62,516 nt of DNA from a virus (lineage: Duplodnaviria; Caudoviricetes). The position numbers and the translations under genes are program-made. The notes under the pieces were generated by a model that saw only the letters and a program-made list of their open reading frames with translations, was not told the DNA's origin and did not search any database. Shown piece by piece: positions 39,151 through 48,215 of this stretch (positions are counted from its first letter, which is position 1; the number at the start of each line of letters is the position of its first letter). The stretch spans positions 1 through 62,516 of the IMG/VR virus record IMGVR_UViG_3300019889_000015; one strand, written 5' to 3'.

Positions 39151-39394
39151 CCTGCTTCCCTTCCAGGTAGTTGGTGACGTGCTCGCGCAGCCGGTCGGCG
39201 ATCACGTTGACGTCGCTATTCATGTCGGCCCGCGCTGGCTCGTACCGGATGACCAGCTCGTGGAGAGCGGCCTGGGGCAAGATGCCGCAGCCGACACACA
39301 CCGGCTGTGGTGGGTCGGTCAGGCAGATCGAGCCGTCGCGGACGATGCACGGCGTCATGGAGGACTTCTCGCGCGGGCACACGATGTCGGTCAC
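39143..39394 (-). CDS. Cys-rich hypothetical protein
   Basis: CPRE.S.MTPC..RDG...CVGCG; AAGGAG RBS. Confidence 0.6.
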   Translation of the reverse strand: MTDIVCPREKSSMTPCIVRDGSICLTDPPQPVCVGCGILPQAALHELVIRYEPARADMNSDVNVIADRLREHVTNYLEGKQDG

Positions 39395-39876
39395 TGCGTC
39401 AGCTCCTTCGGTATCGGTGCCGAGATCAGCCGGAGATCGGCGATGGCCGTGATGTCCCAGATGCACCCCGAGGCACAGTCCCAGCCGTAGTACCAGAAGA
39501 ACTCATCGTGAAGCCGGAGCTTCCACTGGTACGGCGTGATCAGGATGCCCTGGCACTTCTCGACGAGACGCGGCCAGTCGATGTAGCTGCTGTAGGGACG
39601 GCTGTTGGCCAGGCGATATGTCTGATTGAAGTCCCACAGCTCGTCGAGGGTGGTCAGCGTGAGGACGTTGCCATCGTCGGCCAGCACGACCTCGTACTGG
39701 TATTGGAGATTTTCGATGGAGAACTCCTCGCCCTCGCACCACGACTTCCAGCCGTGATCGTCCTCGTCGGAGATCCAGAACCCGAACGGCTTGTCGAGCC
39801 TGCGGCGACCCTCGGGCGGCTCGCCGATCGGTCGCAAGGTCGTGATCGGTCCAGGGCTGAAGTGCCTCAGCTTCAC
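39391..39876 (-). CDS. Trp-rich conserved phage protein
   Basis: KPFGFWIS...IDW...YGWDCASGCIWD. Confidence 0.65.
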   Translation of the reverse strand: MKLRHFSPGPITTLRPIGEPPEGRRRLDKPFGFWISDEDDHGWKSWCEGEEFSIENLQYQYEVVLADDGNVLTLTTLDELWDFNQTYRLANSRPYSSYIDWPRLVEKCQGILITPYQWKLRLHDEFFWYYGWDCASGCIWDITAIADLRLISAPIPKELTQ

Positions 39877-40445
39877 GCAGCCAACTCCAATCCGTCGAGC
39901 CACTCCACGACGTGGTATTCGGGCACCGGGGCGAAGCGCCAGGCATCGACGCCGACGTGAAGCTGGTGACCGTCCTTCCGGTACGTCTTGTGGACGTGTC
40001 CGTGGATCAGGGGCAGGCCCTGATCGGGGAAACGGTACTGGGCGAAGCGCGGCTTGTCCGTGTGATCGGCCGAGTACGGGAAGTGCGACAGCAGGACGCG
40101 CCGCTTGTTGATCGTTCTCGTGGCGTGCGTCACGATCTCGTCGAAGCCCGCGTCGCGGTACTTCGGCATGGCCTTGATCCAATTGGCGTGCATGGGGTGG
40201 CACTGGTCATGGTTCCCGGCGACGAGGATCTTCCGGCCGTTGAGCAGGCTGACCCACCGAAGACCACTCAGCCCGCCGCCGGTCACGTCGCCGAGCACGT
40301 ACACGGTGTCGTCGTCCTTCACGACCCTGTTCCAGTTCTCGACGATCGTCGAGTTCATCATGAACACCGACTCGAACGGCCGCCCACAGAACGGGATGAT
40401 GTTGACGTGATCGAAGTGGAGGTCGGACGTGTAGAAGACGCTCAC
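39873..40445 (-). CDS. calcineurin-like metallophosphoesterase
   Basis: SDLHFDH, LGD, GNHD and HGHVH motifs. Confidence 0.9.
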   Translation of the reverse strand: MSVFYTSDLHFDHVNIIPFCGRPFESVFMMNSTIVENWNRVVKDDDTVYVLGDVTGGGLSGLRWVSLLNGRKILVAGNHDQCHPMHANWIKAMPKYRDAGFDEIVTHATRTINKRRVLLSHFPYSADHTDKPRFAQYRFPDQGLPLIHGHVHKTYRKDGHQLHVGVDAWRFAPVPEYHVVEWLDGLELAA

Positions 40446-40681
40446 GTATCCAGTTCCTGACCCAGGCGAGACAGCTCGTCGGCAACCTTCGCGGCGCGCC
40501 GGTAGCGGAGGTCGATCCACTCACGAGCCTCGCGCATCGTCTCGAAATGGTTGCGCCGTGGCTCGTCGCTGTCGATCTTCCAGGACCGCTTGTGCTGCCG
40601 GGTGATGACGAAGCCCCGGTACTCGTACTGGGTGTCGTTGATCGCCGACCAGGGATGCTCAGCCCTCCGCTGGTGAGTCAT
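40442..40681 (-). CDS. hypothetical protein
   Basis: YEYRGF.I...W...F.T.REA..WID; GGGAGG RBS. Confidence 0.6.
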   Translation of the reverse strand: MTHQRRAEHPWSAINDTQYEYRGFVITRQHKRSWKIDSDEPRRNHFETMREAREWIDLRYRRAAKVADELSRLGQELDT

Positions 40682-40892
40682 CCATCCTCCCGAGGTTGTA
40701 GTACCGCTGCACCGCCTTGTCGGCCTCGTCCTCGGCGTAATTCAAGGTGCGGTGGACTTCCCACTGCTTCGCCTCGGGTAGGACCGATACCCGGATCTGG
40801 ACCGTGACCAGCGACTGGCCGTCCTCGGTCGTTCGTCGCGTGATCACTTCCGCGACGACCTCACGGCCGAGCGGCGGTTCTTGTGGGCTCAC
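40659..40892 (-). CDS. hypothetical protein
   Basis: Overlapping junctions. Confidence 0.45.
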   Translation of the reverse strand: MSPQEPPLGREVVAEVITRRTTEDGQSLVTVQIRVSVLPEAKQWEVHRTLNYAEDEADKAVQRYYNLGRMDDSPAEG

Positions 40893-41221
40893 CCTAAATC
40901 CAGGAGATCGTCCATGTATTGATTTGCGGGAAGTCGGTCGTCCGGCGGTGGGTCGACCAATTCCGAGGCCCGGCGCTTGCGGGCATGTTTCCTTTCGCTT
41001 CGCATGCCCGCTTGGAACCCATATGCAAAAACAATCCCCATGGGCCAATCGCTCAAAAGGCGTCTAATTCCGGCGTATATGAGAATACCGATCGAAAGCG
41101 TCCACAATTGGACAGCATCTCGGATGAATTCGACGTCCCAATAGATCAACGCAAGTCCCAGCATGGCAATGCCGCCCAAAGCTGGCAAAGCGATCAAAAC
41201 CGGAAACAGCACACGACGCAT
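40889..41221 (-). CDS. membrane protein, visibly lower GC
   Basis: Two or three hydrophobic segments; directly downstream of the repressor. Confidence 0.55.
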   Translation of the reverse strand: MRRVLFPVLIALPALGGIAMLGLALIYWDVEFIRDAVQLWTLSIGILIYAGIRRLLSDWPMGIVFAYGFQAGMRSERKHARKRRASELVDPPPDDRLPANQYMDDLLDLG

Positions 41222-41333
41222 CGCTATCCCTTCATCCCGCCCCAAAACACCCGTCATGATCACCCCCCGGTTACTTCCTCGCGAAGGGATTCACGAGAAA
41301 GAAGCGATCTGACCGGCCTACTTTGTCGCGACT

Positions 41334-41834
41334 TTACCCTTGTCGCCGCTCTGCGGCGCGGATTCGGTCGAGGACGCGCTGAGCGTGTGGAATGCCGTTC
41401 GTCACGGCGTCCTCGAACACCTTCACGTGGACGTGTAGTGCCACCGCAGCGGCCCCCCACAGCGCCGGGAGGGCGTCTCCTTCGAGGAGTCGGTCCACCA
41501 GCTCGCGCTCGACGAACATGGCCTCGGCCAGGTCATCGGCATCCATTCCACGTATCGTCATCAGGCGTTTCGTGACCACACCCACCACCGGGAACAGCGG
41601 CCCTTCGCCGACCAGCTTCAGGGCCTGGCGCAGCATCGCATCCTGTGTGGTGCCCAGGGCTTCGCAGACTTGGGCGAACTTTCGAGTCGAACGCACATGT
41701 CCGTTCTCGATGTTGATGATCGTCGCTCGGTCGACGCCCGCACGTTGCGCGCAATCTTTCTGCGATAACCCGATCTTGTTTCGGCGCTGTCTAAGTAGCG
41801 CGGCCAGCGCCGATGTCAGTCCGTCGTCATCCAT
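41334..41834 (-). CDS. immunity repressor (XRE HTH)
   Basis: LRQRR..IGLSQKDCAQRAGVDRATIINIENG; divergent from Cro. Confidence 0.8.
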   Translation of the reverse strand: MDDDGLTSALAALLRQRRNKIGLSQKDCAQRAGVDRATIINIENGHVRSTRKFAQVCEALGTTQDAMLRQALKLVGEGPLFPVVGVVTKRLMTIRGMDADDLAEAMFVERELVDRLLEGDALPALWGAAAVALHVHVKVFEDAVTNGIPHAQRVLDRIRAAERRQG

Positions 41835-41908
41835 GTGTAGAACTGTACAACACGCAATCTTTCTGACCTGCGTAGACACGCGGACGCGATGCGCCTAACT
41901 TCATGGCC
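41835..41908. promoter_or_regulatory. divergent repressor/Cro promoter region
   Basis: Minus -10 TACAGT (41842-41847); plus TAGACA-N17-TAACTT; each -10 lies 7 nt from an ATG. Confidence 0.6.
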
Positions 41909-42166
41909 ATGACACGCCACGCAACATTGGCGCGTCGCATCCGAGCGGATGGCGAGAAGATTCAGCAGATCCGCCGAACCCGATTCACAGCCGAGGGACA
42001 ACCCTGGACTCAGGCGTTTCTTGCTGCCCGTGTCGGCATTGCGACGCGCACCCTCCAGTACATCGAGGCCGGTAAGCGTCAGACAAATCGGTCGACAATA
42101 GAGCGAATTGCCGCTGAATTGGCGTGCAGCGTCGACTCGATCACCAAAGGAAGTGACGAGGAATGA
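41909..42166 (+). CDS. Cro-like HTH protein
   Basis: WTQAFLAARVGIATRTLQYIEAG. Confidence 0.8.
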   Translation: MTRHATLARRIRADGEKIQQIRRTRFTAEGQPWTQAFLAARVGIATRTLQYIEAGKRQTNRSTIERIAAELACSVDSITKGSDEE

Positions 42167-42330
42167 CACGCCACGTCGCCATTGATGGGATTTGCGCCAC
42201 CGATCACGAGCCTTGGCCCTGTTACGACGAGTACGTCAAACGCATCGTCGACGAGGCCCCCCCGTTCAGCCCCGAGCAGCGTGCCGCGCTCGTCGTGCTG
42301 TTCCAGCCCTCTTACGCCGTCCCGGCGTAG
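42163..42330 (+). CDS. putative recombination directionality factor (phiRv1 Rv1584c-like)
   Basis: Hand translation ...EYVKRIVDEAPPFSPEQRAALVVLF; coupled to cro. Confidence 0.55.
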   Translation: MTRHVAIDGICATDHEPWPCYDEYVKRIVDEAPPFSPEQRAALVVLFQPSYAVPA

Positions 42331-42357
42331 ACCCCCCACACCCCGAAGGACTGAACC

Positions 42358-42732
42358 ATGGGTAATTGGCCTGCCTGGAGCGCGATGCTCGGCCTTCTGC
42401 TGGGAGCCGCAGCCGGTGGACTGCTGGTCTGGCTCCGACAGAACGAGCACAGCGTCGCCAGCCTCGAAAAGGAGATGTACGACCTCGGCACGGTCATGCT
42501 GGACCTGGGCGAGACGATGACCGCCGCAGCAGCCTCGATCGAGGGCTCGATGCGCCACCCGGCCACCACCGTGAACTACACGGCGCCCGCGTCGCCGGAT
42601 CTGGTCGCGGACGTGTCCCGGTCCCTCAAGGATCACCACCGCGTGATCGTTTCATCGTTCGTGCCGCCGAAGCCGGACGACTCTCGGGACGAATCGGACG
42701 ACCTGCTCGACGTCGCGCGGGACGCGAAGTGA
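42358..42732 (+). CDS. membrane protein
   Basis: N-terminal TM helix; AAGGA RBS. Confidence 0.55.
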   Translation: MGNWPAWSAMLGLLLGAAAGGLLVWLRQNEHSVASLEKEMYDLGTVMLDLGETMTAAAASIEGSMRHPATTVNYTAPASPDLVADVSRSLKDHHRVIVSSFVPPKPDDSRDESDDLLDVARDAK

Positions 42733-43013
42733 CCGCGACCATCGAGCGGTCGGACGTCGACCTGGACCTCGAAGCCTGGCTCGACCATGAGATCGAGATC
42801 GGCTGCGAGGTCTTGGAGCCGTACAGCGACAACGCCTGCGGGCGACCGTCGAACTGGCTGCTGATAGGTGATTGCGGCACGGCCGGACATACCAGCCAGG
42901 CATTCGCCTGCGACCCGTGCAAGGGGATTTTCACCCAGCACCACATGGTCTGCTCTCAATGCAACTGCTTCGCCGCCCCACGACTCGTCGAGCGCGTCCG
43001 GGAGGGCCGATGA
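42729..43013 (+). CDS. Cys-rich protein
   Basis: Multiple Cys pairs; overlapping junctions. Confidence 0.55.
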   Translation: MTATIERSDVDLDLEAWLDHEIEIGCEVLEPYSDNACGRPSNWLLIGDCGTAGHTSQAFACDPCKGIFTQHHMVCSQCNCFAAPRLVERVREGR

Positions 43014-43564
43014 TCGTCGCCGGGATCGACCCGTCGCTCACGTCGACCGGCATAGCCCTCATCAACACCGACACCGGCTCCGTGGAGCTGCACACGGTCA
43101 AGTCCAAGGGCTTGGCCACCGACCCGGTGATGACGCGCTGGGAGCGGCTGAAGAAGATCTCCATCGAGGTCCGCCGGATCATCTACGGCTCCGCGCTCGT
43201 CGTGATCGAGGGGCCGTCGATGGCGTCTCGCCACGGCAGCAAGCACGACCGCTCCGGGCTCTGGTGGATGATCGTCGCCCACGCACGGGCCATCGACGCC
43301 GCCGTGACCGAGGTCCCGCCCACCGTGCGCGCCAAGTACGCCACCGGGAAGGGCAACGCGAATAAGGACGACGTGCTGCTGGCCGTCGATCGCCGGTACG
43401 GCTCGCTGGTCAGGATCGGCGGCAACGACCAGGCCGACGCGCTCGTGTTCGCCGCAATGGGTGCCCGGTCGCTCGGCTACGGGATCGAGGACTCGCTGCC
43501 GAAGGTGAACATCGCCGCCATGCAGACGGTCGTCTGGCCGTGGGTCTACGAGGTTGAGCTGTGA
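43010..43564 (+). CDS. ruvC: RuvC-like Holliday junction resolvase
   Basis: GIDPSLTSTG, VVIEG, ATGKGNA.K and ADA motifs. Confidence 0.85.
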   Translation: MIVAGIDPSLTSTGIALINTDTGSVELHTVKSKGLATDPVMTRWERLKKISIEVRRIIYGSALVVIEGPSMASRHGSKHDRSGLWWMIVAHARAIDAAVTEVPPTVRAKYATGKGNANKDDVLLAVDRRYGSLVRIGGNDQADALVFAAMGARSLGYGIEDSLPKVNIAAMQTVVWPWVYEVEL

Positions 43565-43830
43565 CCGCCGCCTCGCCGCTGTCGGTGCTCGACGAGGCAG
43601 CCCAGATCATCAACGGCCAGCGGCAGCTCGACTACGGCACGCCAGCGGAGTCGTTCGGCCGCATCGCGAACCTGTGGTCGGACTACCTGGGCATCGAGGT
43701 CACCCCGCCCGACGTGGCCAACCTCATGATCTTGCTCAAGGTGTCGAGGGCCAAGCAGGGATTCCACCGCGACTCGTACGTCGACATCGCCGGGTACGCG
43801 GGCTGCGCCGAGCTGCTGGAGTCGTCATGA
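43561..43830 (+). CDS. DUF6378-like protein
   Basis: R..DYG.P.ESF.RIA.LWS...LK.SR...DS.VD.AGY. Confidence 0.75.
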   Translation: MTAASPLSVLDEAAQIINGQRQLDYGTPAESFGRIANLWSDYLGIEVTPPDVANLMILLKVSRAKQGFHRDSYVDIAGYAGCAELLESS

Positions 43831-44060
43831 GAGTCCTCCTGATCCTGCTGCCCGGCCTGGCGATCGCCGGGCTGGCCACCATTCTCGCCCGCGCCTGGAT
43901 CGCAGCCACCACGAACCGGCTCCGCAGGGAAAGCCAGCGCCTGCACATGTTGCTGGCCGAGGTCGACCAGCTCGCCTACGAACACCGCGACGTCTCGCCC
44001 GAGCTGTCGTACCTGATCACGGACACGATCCGCCTCCGACGCAAGGAGATCCCCCAGTGA
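43827..44060 (+). CDS. membrane protein
   Basis: N-terminal TM helix; upstream of the SPFH gene. Confidence 0.6.
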   Translation: MRVLLILLPGLAIAGLATILARAWIAATTNRLRRESQRLHMLLAEVDQLAYEHRDVSPELSYLITDTIRLRRKEIPQ

Positions 44061-44938
44061 AGAAGATCATCGCCACCGCCCTCGTCGTGACGGCCGGTGC
44101 CGCCCTCGTCGGCTGCACGTCCGGCACCGCAGGCCCCGACCAGCGTGGCCTGCACTACGACGCCGGACCCATCGCCGGGGCCGCTGACTTCGAGGCGTGC
44201 TACGGCCCGTCGAGCCGCAGTATCGACGACTTCGCCGACAAGCACTTCGAGTACCCGTTCGGTCAGCGGACCTTCGACTTCTCCACCGCCGAGGAGGCCG
44301 ACTCCGGCGCGATCAGCGTGGTGTCGAAAGACAACGTGACGATGACCGTCTCCGGGGTGGCCACGTTCGCCCTCAACCCCACCTGCGACGTGCTCCAGGA
44401 GTTCCACGAGCGGATCGGGCTGAAGTACGGCGCCTGGGAGGAAGGCGGCTGGATCTCGTTCCTGAACGTCTACCTGAAGCAGCCGCTGGACAAGGCGATG
44501 GATGCCGTGTCGAAGGAGTACGGCTATCGGGATCTCTACTCCAACCCCGAGGTCAAAGAGGAGTGGGAGGCCAAGGTCGGCGCCCTGGTGGCCCGTGAGG
44601 TCGAGTCGCTGGCCGGTGCCCCCTACCTGTGCTCGGCGAGCTTCGTCGGCGCCGAGAGCCAGTCGTGTGGCGACCTGTCACTGACCATTCAGACGCCGCA
44701 GCCGCCGGAGAACATCGTCAACGCGCTCGCGTCCGAGCAGCAGGCCGTCGCCGAGAACGAGGCCCAGAAGCAGCGCAACGCCACCGTCGTGACCGAGCTG
44801 GAGTCCACGAGGCTCCTCGTCGACGTGCTCGGCCCCGAGGCGTACGTCCTCCTGAAGGCCATCGAGGACGGCCGGATCACCGTGTTCCCGGTGCCCGGTG
44901 GCTCGAACATCAACCTCGCCCCGCCAGCCGCCCAGTGA
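44057..44938 (+). CDS. SPFH/band-7-like lipoprotein
   Basis: Lipobox LVGC, VVSKD.V...V.G segment, C-terminal coiled coil. Confidence 0.7.
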   Translation: MKKIIATALVVTAGAALVGCTSGTAGPDQRGLHYDAGPIAGAADFEACYGPSSRSIDDFADKHFEYPFGQRTFDFSTAEEADSGAISVVSKDNVTMTVSGVATFALNPTCDVLQEFHERIGLKYGAWEEGGWISFLNVYLKQPLDKAMDAVSKEYGYRDLYSNPEVKEEWEAKVGALVAREVESLAGAPYLCSASFVGAESQSCGDLSLTIQTPQPPENIVNALASEQQAVAENEAQKQRNATVVTELESTRLLVDVLGPEAYVLLKAIEDGRITVFPVPGGSNINLAPPAAQ

Positions 44939-44945
44939 GAGAGCC

Positions 44946-45071
44946 ATGAGGACATTCCGAGCTAGCTACTTCGGCCGATGCCTGGCCTGTGACGACACGA
45001 TCGAGCCGGGCGATGAGGTCGGCTATGCCGACGACGAGTTGATCCACGCCGACTGCGACGAGGACGACTGA
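44946..45071 (+). CDS. small zinc-binding protein (41 aa)
   Basis: Hand translation A.Y.GRC..C...I.PGD...H..C. Confidence 0.55.
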   Translation: MRTFRASYFGRCLACDDTIEPGDEVGYADDELIHADCDEDD

Positions 45072-45382
45072 TGGTCAACGCCGACGACCCGGCAATGAAG
45101 CGGATCAGGAAGAAGTTTGAAGACCTCGAACAAGACGGACTATTCGAGATCGAACAAACGGCGAAGCAGTCCGGGGAATTGAACCGCAAAGCCGCCAAGC
45201 CAAAGACCATTCGTTCGGAGAAGTGCGACCTCTGCAATAAGGAAAAGGTCGGAGTCATTCGGGTTCTGGATGACGAACACCGACCGCACTTCATTCTGAA
45301 GGACCACGAAGTGAAGTTTGGCCGAGCGAATTATAGGAAGTGCAAGGGCTCAGGAGTGGAGGTCGGCGAACATGCCAACTGA
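45071..45382 (+). CDS. hypothetical Cys/His protein
   Basis: CDLC...H...CKGSG. Confidence 0.55.
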   Translation: MVNADDPAMKRIRKKFEDLEQDGLFEIEQTAKQSGELNRKAAKPKTIRSEKCDLCNKEKVGVIRVLDDEHRPHFILKDHEVKFGRANYRKCKGSGVEVGEHAN

Positions 45383-45578
45383 CCACGGTAACTGCGGCAG
45401 CGGCTACGTCTACAACAACCACGTGCCGGACATTCCGAAAATGCCCGCGTGCGAGGCGATGATGCCGGTGCCGCAGAAAGAGAAGAAATACGGATTCGAC
45501 TGGCCGGGCATCGGCCCGCCGCCCAGGGCCGAAAACAGGATCGCTTTCACCGAGCGTCTCCGGAAAGCAAATGGATAG
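45372..45578 (+). CDS. hypothetical protein
   Basis: GGAGG RBS. Confidence 0.45.
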   Translation: MPTDHGNCGSGYVYNNHVPDIPKMPACEAMMPVPQKEKKYGFDWPGIGPPPRAENRIAFTERLRKANG

Positions 45579-45590
45579 GAGAAGCGCCTA

Positions 45591-45911
45591 ATGACCAATA
45601 GCAAAAAGCCCAGCGCGTTCGCCGATATCGGCATCACCGATGAGGCGTTCGTCGCGGCCGGGATGGAGTGGGCCAAGCGGATGGGCGACGAGGCCCTGGT
45701 GGAGTGGCAGGCGCACCACGGGCTCATACCCAGGGAGGTCCACGAGGTCGCTCTGTTCGGTGCGACCGGCGGCGCCACCTACGCCTTCCGCACCCTGTCG
45801 GCGATCGGCGCCCTCTGGTACCCGCCGTTCCTGCTCCACCTGGGCTTCGCGATCCCCGAGCAGTACATGCCCGCCGATCTGCGGGCGCCCGATGGCCCCC
45901 CGCAGGACTGA
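45591..45911 (+). CDS. hypothetical protein
   Basis: AGGAG RBS. Confidence 0.5.
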   Translation: MTNSKKPSAFADIGITDEAFVAAGMEWAKRMGDEALVEWQAHHGLIPREVHEVALFGATGGATYAFRTLSAIGALWYPPFLLHLGFAIPEQYMPADLRAPDGPPQD

Positions 45912-46131
45912 GCCCAAGCAGATCCTCGTCGACCACGTGAGCCGCCGCGACCGCTTCGTCTCGGCGTTCGTGGTCACCCCGGACGGAACCCAGCACCGGA
46001 TCGGCTACCTGGCCAGCGAGGGGTGGTTCTGCTGCGCCGAGGAATGCCCCGGCGGCAAGCGGTGCAAGCAGATCAAGACCATCCAGAAGATCGTCCCCCC
46101 GATGGAACCACCGAAAGGAGCGACCCCGTGA
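45892..46131 (+). CDS. small Cys protein (SWIM-like)
   Basis: WFCC...C....C. Confidence 0.45.
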   Translation: MAPRRTEPKQILVDHVSRRDRFVSAFVVTPDGTQHRIGYLASEGWFCCAEECPGGKRCKQIKTIQKIVPPMEPPKGATP

Positions 46132-47222
46132 CGGAGCCGCCCACTCAGGGTGCGGTGATCCTGCCGTTCATCCAGCCCAAGGTCCACGTCCACCGGGACC
46201 GCTACAAGAAGCCGATCATCCAGACTGGCGAGTTGCGGGCGGACGGAAAACCCCGAGCGCACACCTGCACGTCGTGCGACAAGTCCGTCCCCGGCATCCC
46301 GTACCGGCGCGCCACTACGTACATCGACGTGCTGGAGGACCGCTACAAGCTGGAGAAGTGGAAGCAGCGCGGCGTAGCCGTGGGCCTGGCCAAGGTGCCC
46401 GCGCTGCTGACGGCGGTGTCGGCGGCGATCAACAACGACCGGGAGCTGGACCGGCTCTGTGACGAGGCCCTGGAGCGGGCCGGGACCAGCGACAAGGCCA
46501 CCCACGGCACGGCGGTTCACGCCCTGGCCGAGCAGCTCGACGCGGGCCAGCGCCCGCTCGTGCCGCCGCACGTGCAGCCGGACATCGACGCCTACGCGGC
46601 AGCCACCAAGGGCATGAACATGCTCGACATCGAGACCTTCGTCGTGGTCGACGACCTCCAGGTGGCCGGGACCTTCGACCGGTTGATCGAGTACGACGGC
46701 CAGCGCTACATCGGCGACCTGAAGACCGGCTCGATCGAGTACGGCCTACCCAAGATCACGATGCAGCTCGCGATGTACGCCAAGGGCAAGCGCTATGACC
46801 CGCTCACCGGCATACGGAACGATCTCGACGTCGACCAGGACTACGGCATCGTCATCCACCTGCCCGCCGGTCAGGCCCGGTGCGAGATCAAGTGGGTGGA
46901 CCTGAGCAAGGGCCGTAACGGTATCGAGCGGGCGCTGGCCGTCTGGGACTGGCGCAAGGCCGACGGCCGAGACTTCATCGTCGCCGCCCCCGCCTTCGAC
47001 CTGCTCGGGATGATCTCGCTCTGCGGCGACGTGGACAGCCTCACCCGGTTGTGGTCGGCCTACAGGCACCTGTGGAACGACGAGGCCCAGGCCGCAGCCG
47101 TCGCGCGTAAGGCCGAGATCATCGCGGCCGGTGGCGCGGGCACCAGCGTCAACACCGTCGTCCGGCTACTCGCCGAGGGCGCAGCTCGTGCCGAGGCCCA
47201 GTTGCCGGAGGCGTGGCGATGA
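46128..47222 (+). CDS. PD-(D/E)XK exonuclease (RecB/Cas4-like)
   Basis: GTAVHALAE, AGTFDR, GDLKTG and QLAMYA motifs; AAAGGAG RBS. Confidence 0.85.
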   Translation: MTEPPTQGAVILPFIQPKVHVHRDRYKKPIIQTGELRADGKPRAHTCTSCDKSVPGIPYRRATTYIDVLEDRYKLEKWKQRGVAVGLAKVPALLTAVSAAINNDRELDRLCDEALERAGTSDKATHGTAVHALAEQLDAGQRPLVPPHVQPDIDAYAAATKGMNMLDIETFVVVDDLQVAGTFDRLIEYDGQRYIGDLKTGSIEYGLPKITMQLAMYAKGKRYDPLTGIRNDLDVDQDYGIVIHLPAGQARCEIKWVDLSKGRNGIERALAVWDWRKADGRDFIVAAPAFDLLGMISLCGDVDSLTRLWSAYRHLWNDEAQAAAVARKAEIIAAGGAGTSVNTVVRLLAEGAARAEAQLPEAWR

Positions 47223-47377
47223 GGTTCTTCGGAGCTGCGAACGTCGACGAGCTGCTCGACGACGCCCGCCGGATCGTGATCCAGACCGATACGTGCACGT
47301 GCGCCGACGATCCACACCAGAACGCTCTGCACGACCTGGCCCACGACGTGGTGGACATGTTCGGCGGTACTCAATGA
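47219..47377 (+). CDS. hypothetical protein (52 aa)
   Basis: Hand translation; GGAGG RBS; ATGA overlaps. Confidence 0.45.
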   Translation: MRFFGAANVDELLDDARRIVIQTDTCTCADDPHQNALHDLAHDVVDMFGGTQ

Positions 47378-47604
47378 CCGGCTGGCTGATCCTCGCGATC
47401 TACCTGGTCGGGGTCGTCGTCACCTATCGGAGGGCGGTGCGATTCACCGTCGCCAACATCGACCACAGCGACCAGGAGGAGGCCCTGATCGCGGTCGTGC
47501 TGGCGACCGTCGCCGCCCTCATCTGGCCGGTCATCGTGCCGATCTGGCTGCTGTGGCGCTTCGCCAGCCCCAAGAAGACCAAAAACCCACCCAAGGAGGA
47601 GTAA
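47374..47604 (+). CDS. two-TM membrane protein
   Basis: Hydrophobic helices with WP motif. Confidence 0.6.
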   Translation: MTGWLILAIYLVGVVVTYRRAVRFTVANIDHSDQEEALIAVVLATVAALIWPVIVPIWLLWRFASPKKTKNPPKEE

Positions 47605-47610
47605 CCCCCC

Positions 47611-47988
47611 ATGCCCTTCACCCGCAAGCAACAGACGCGGATCGACGCGCTGAGCAAGGCCAGGGACCACCTGGCCCGGTGCCACGAGGTCAGCGCCACC
47701 GAGCTGATCGGCGTCGCCACATGGATCTTGGACGGCGAGATCCGACCGGCCATCGACGGCGGCTGCCGACTCGGCCACGGCTGGATCGCGATGGGCGCCC
47801 TCGACGGCACCAAGGAGGACCCGCTGCCCAGCGAGTTCGTCGAGCAGGTGACCGGACGCCCGCTCGACGACTGGCAGCGCGAGCTGGTCGATCACAACCG
47901 CCTCGAACGCGAAGAACCGGCGTTCAGCCAACCCCCCGAAGTCGACCTCGATCCCGAGGCCGACGACACCCAGGAAGGAAACAACTGA
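47611..47988 (+). CDS. hypothetical protein
   Basis: AAGGAGG RBS. Confidence 0.55.
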   Translation: MPFTRKQQTRIDALSKARDHLARCHEVSATELIGVATWILDGEIRPAIDGGCRLGHGWIAMGALDGTKEDPLPSEFVEQVTGRPLDDWQRELVDHNRLEREEPAFSQPPEVDLDPEADDTQEGNN

Positions 47989-48215
47989 TGGCCCCCATGG
48001 CCCCCAACGGCTACTACGAGCCCGCCGACGAGGCGCACGTCGTCGTGACGCCGCTATTCACCCCCGAGCAGACGGCGAGGCTGCGCGTCATCGACGGCGT
48101 GACCACGGCCCTGTCTCGGGTCCGGCCCCCGGACGGCGAGGGCTTCCACGCCCAGGACGTCATCGACCTCGCCGACTACGTGCTCGGCACCACCCAGGAA
48201 GGAAGCAACGCATGA
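47988..48215 (+). CDS. hypothetical protein
   Basis: TGATG coupling. Confidence 0.5.
   Translation: MAPMAPNGYYEPADEAHVVVTPLFTPEQTARLRVIDGVTTALSRVRPPDGEGFHAQDVIDLADYVLGTTQEGSNA

Noticed and set aside
39391-39876. ADP-ribosyltransferase assignment for the Trp-rich protein
   Set aside because: Only a vague impression; catalytic motifs could not be assigned without a profile or structure search.
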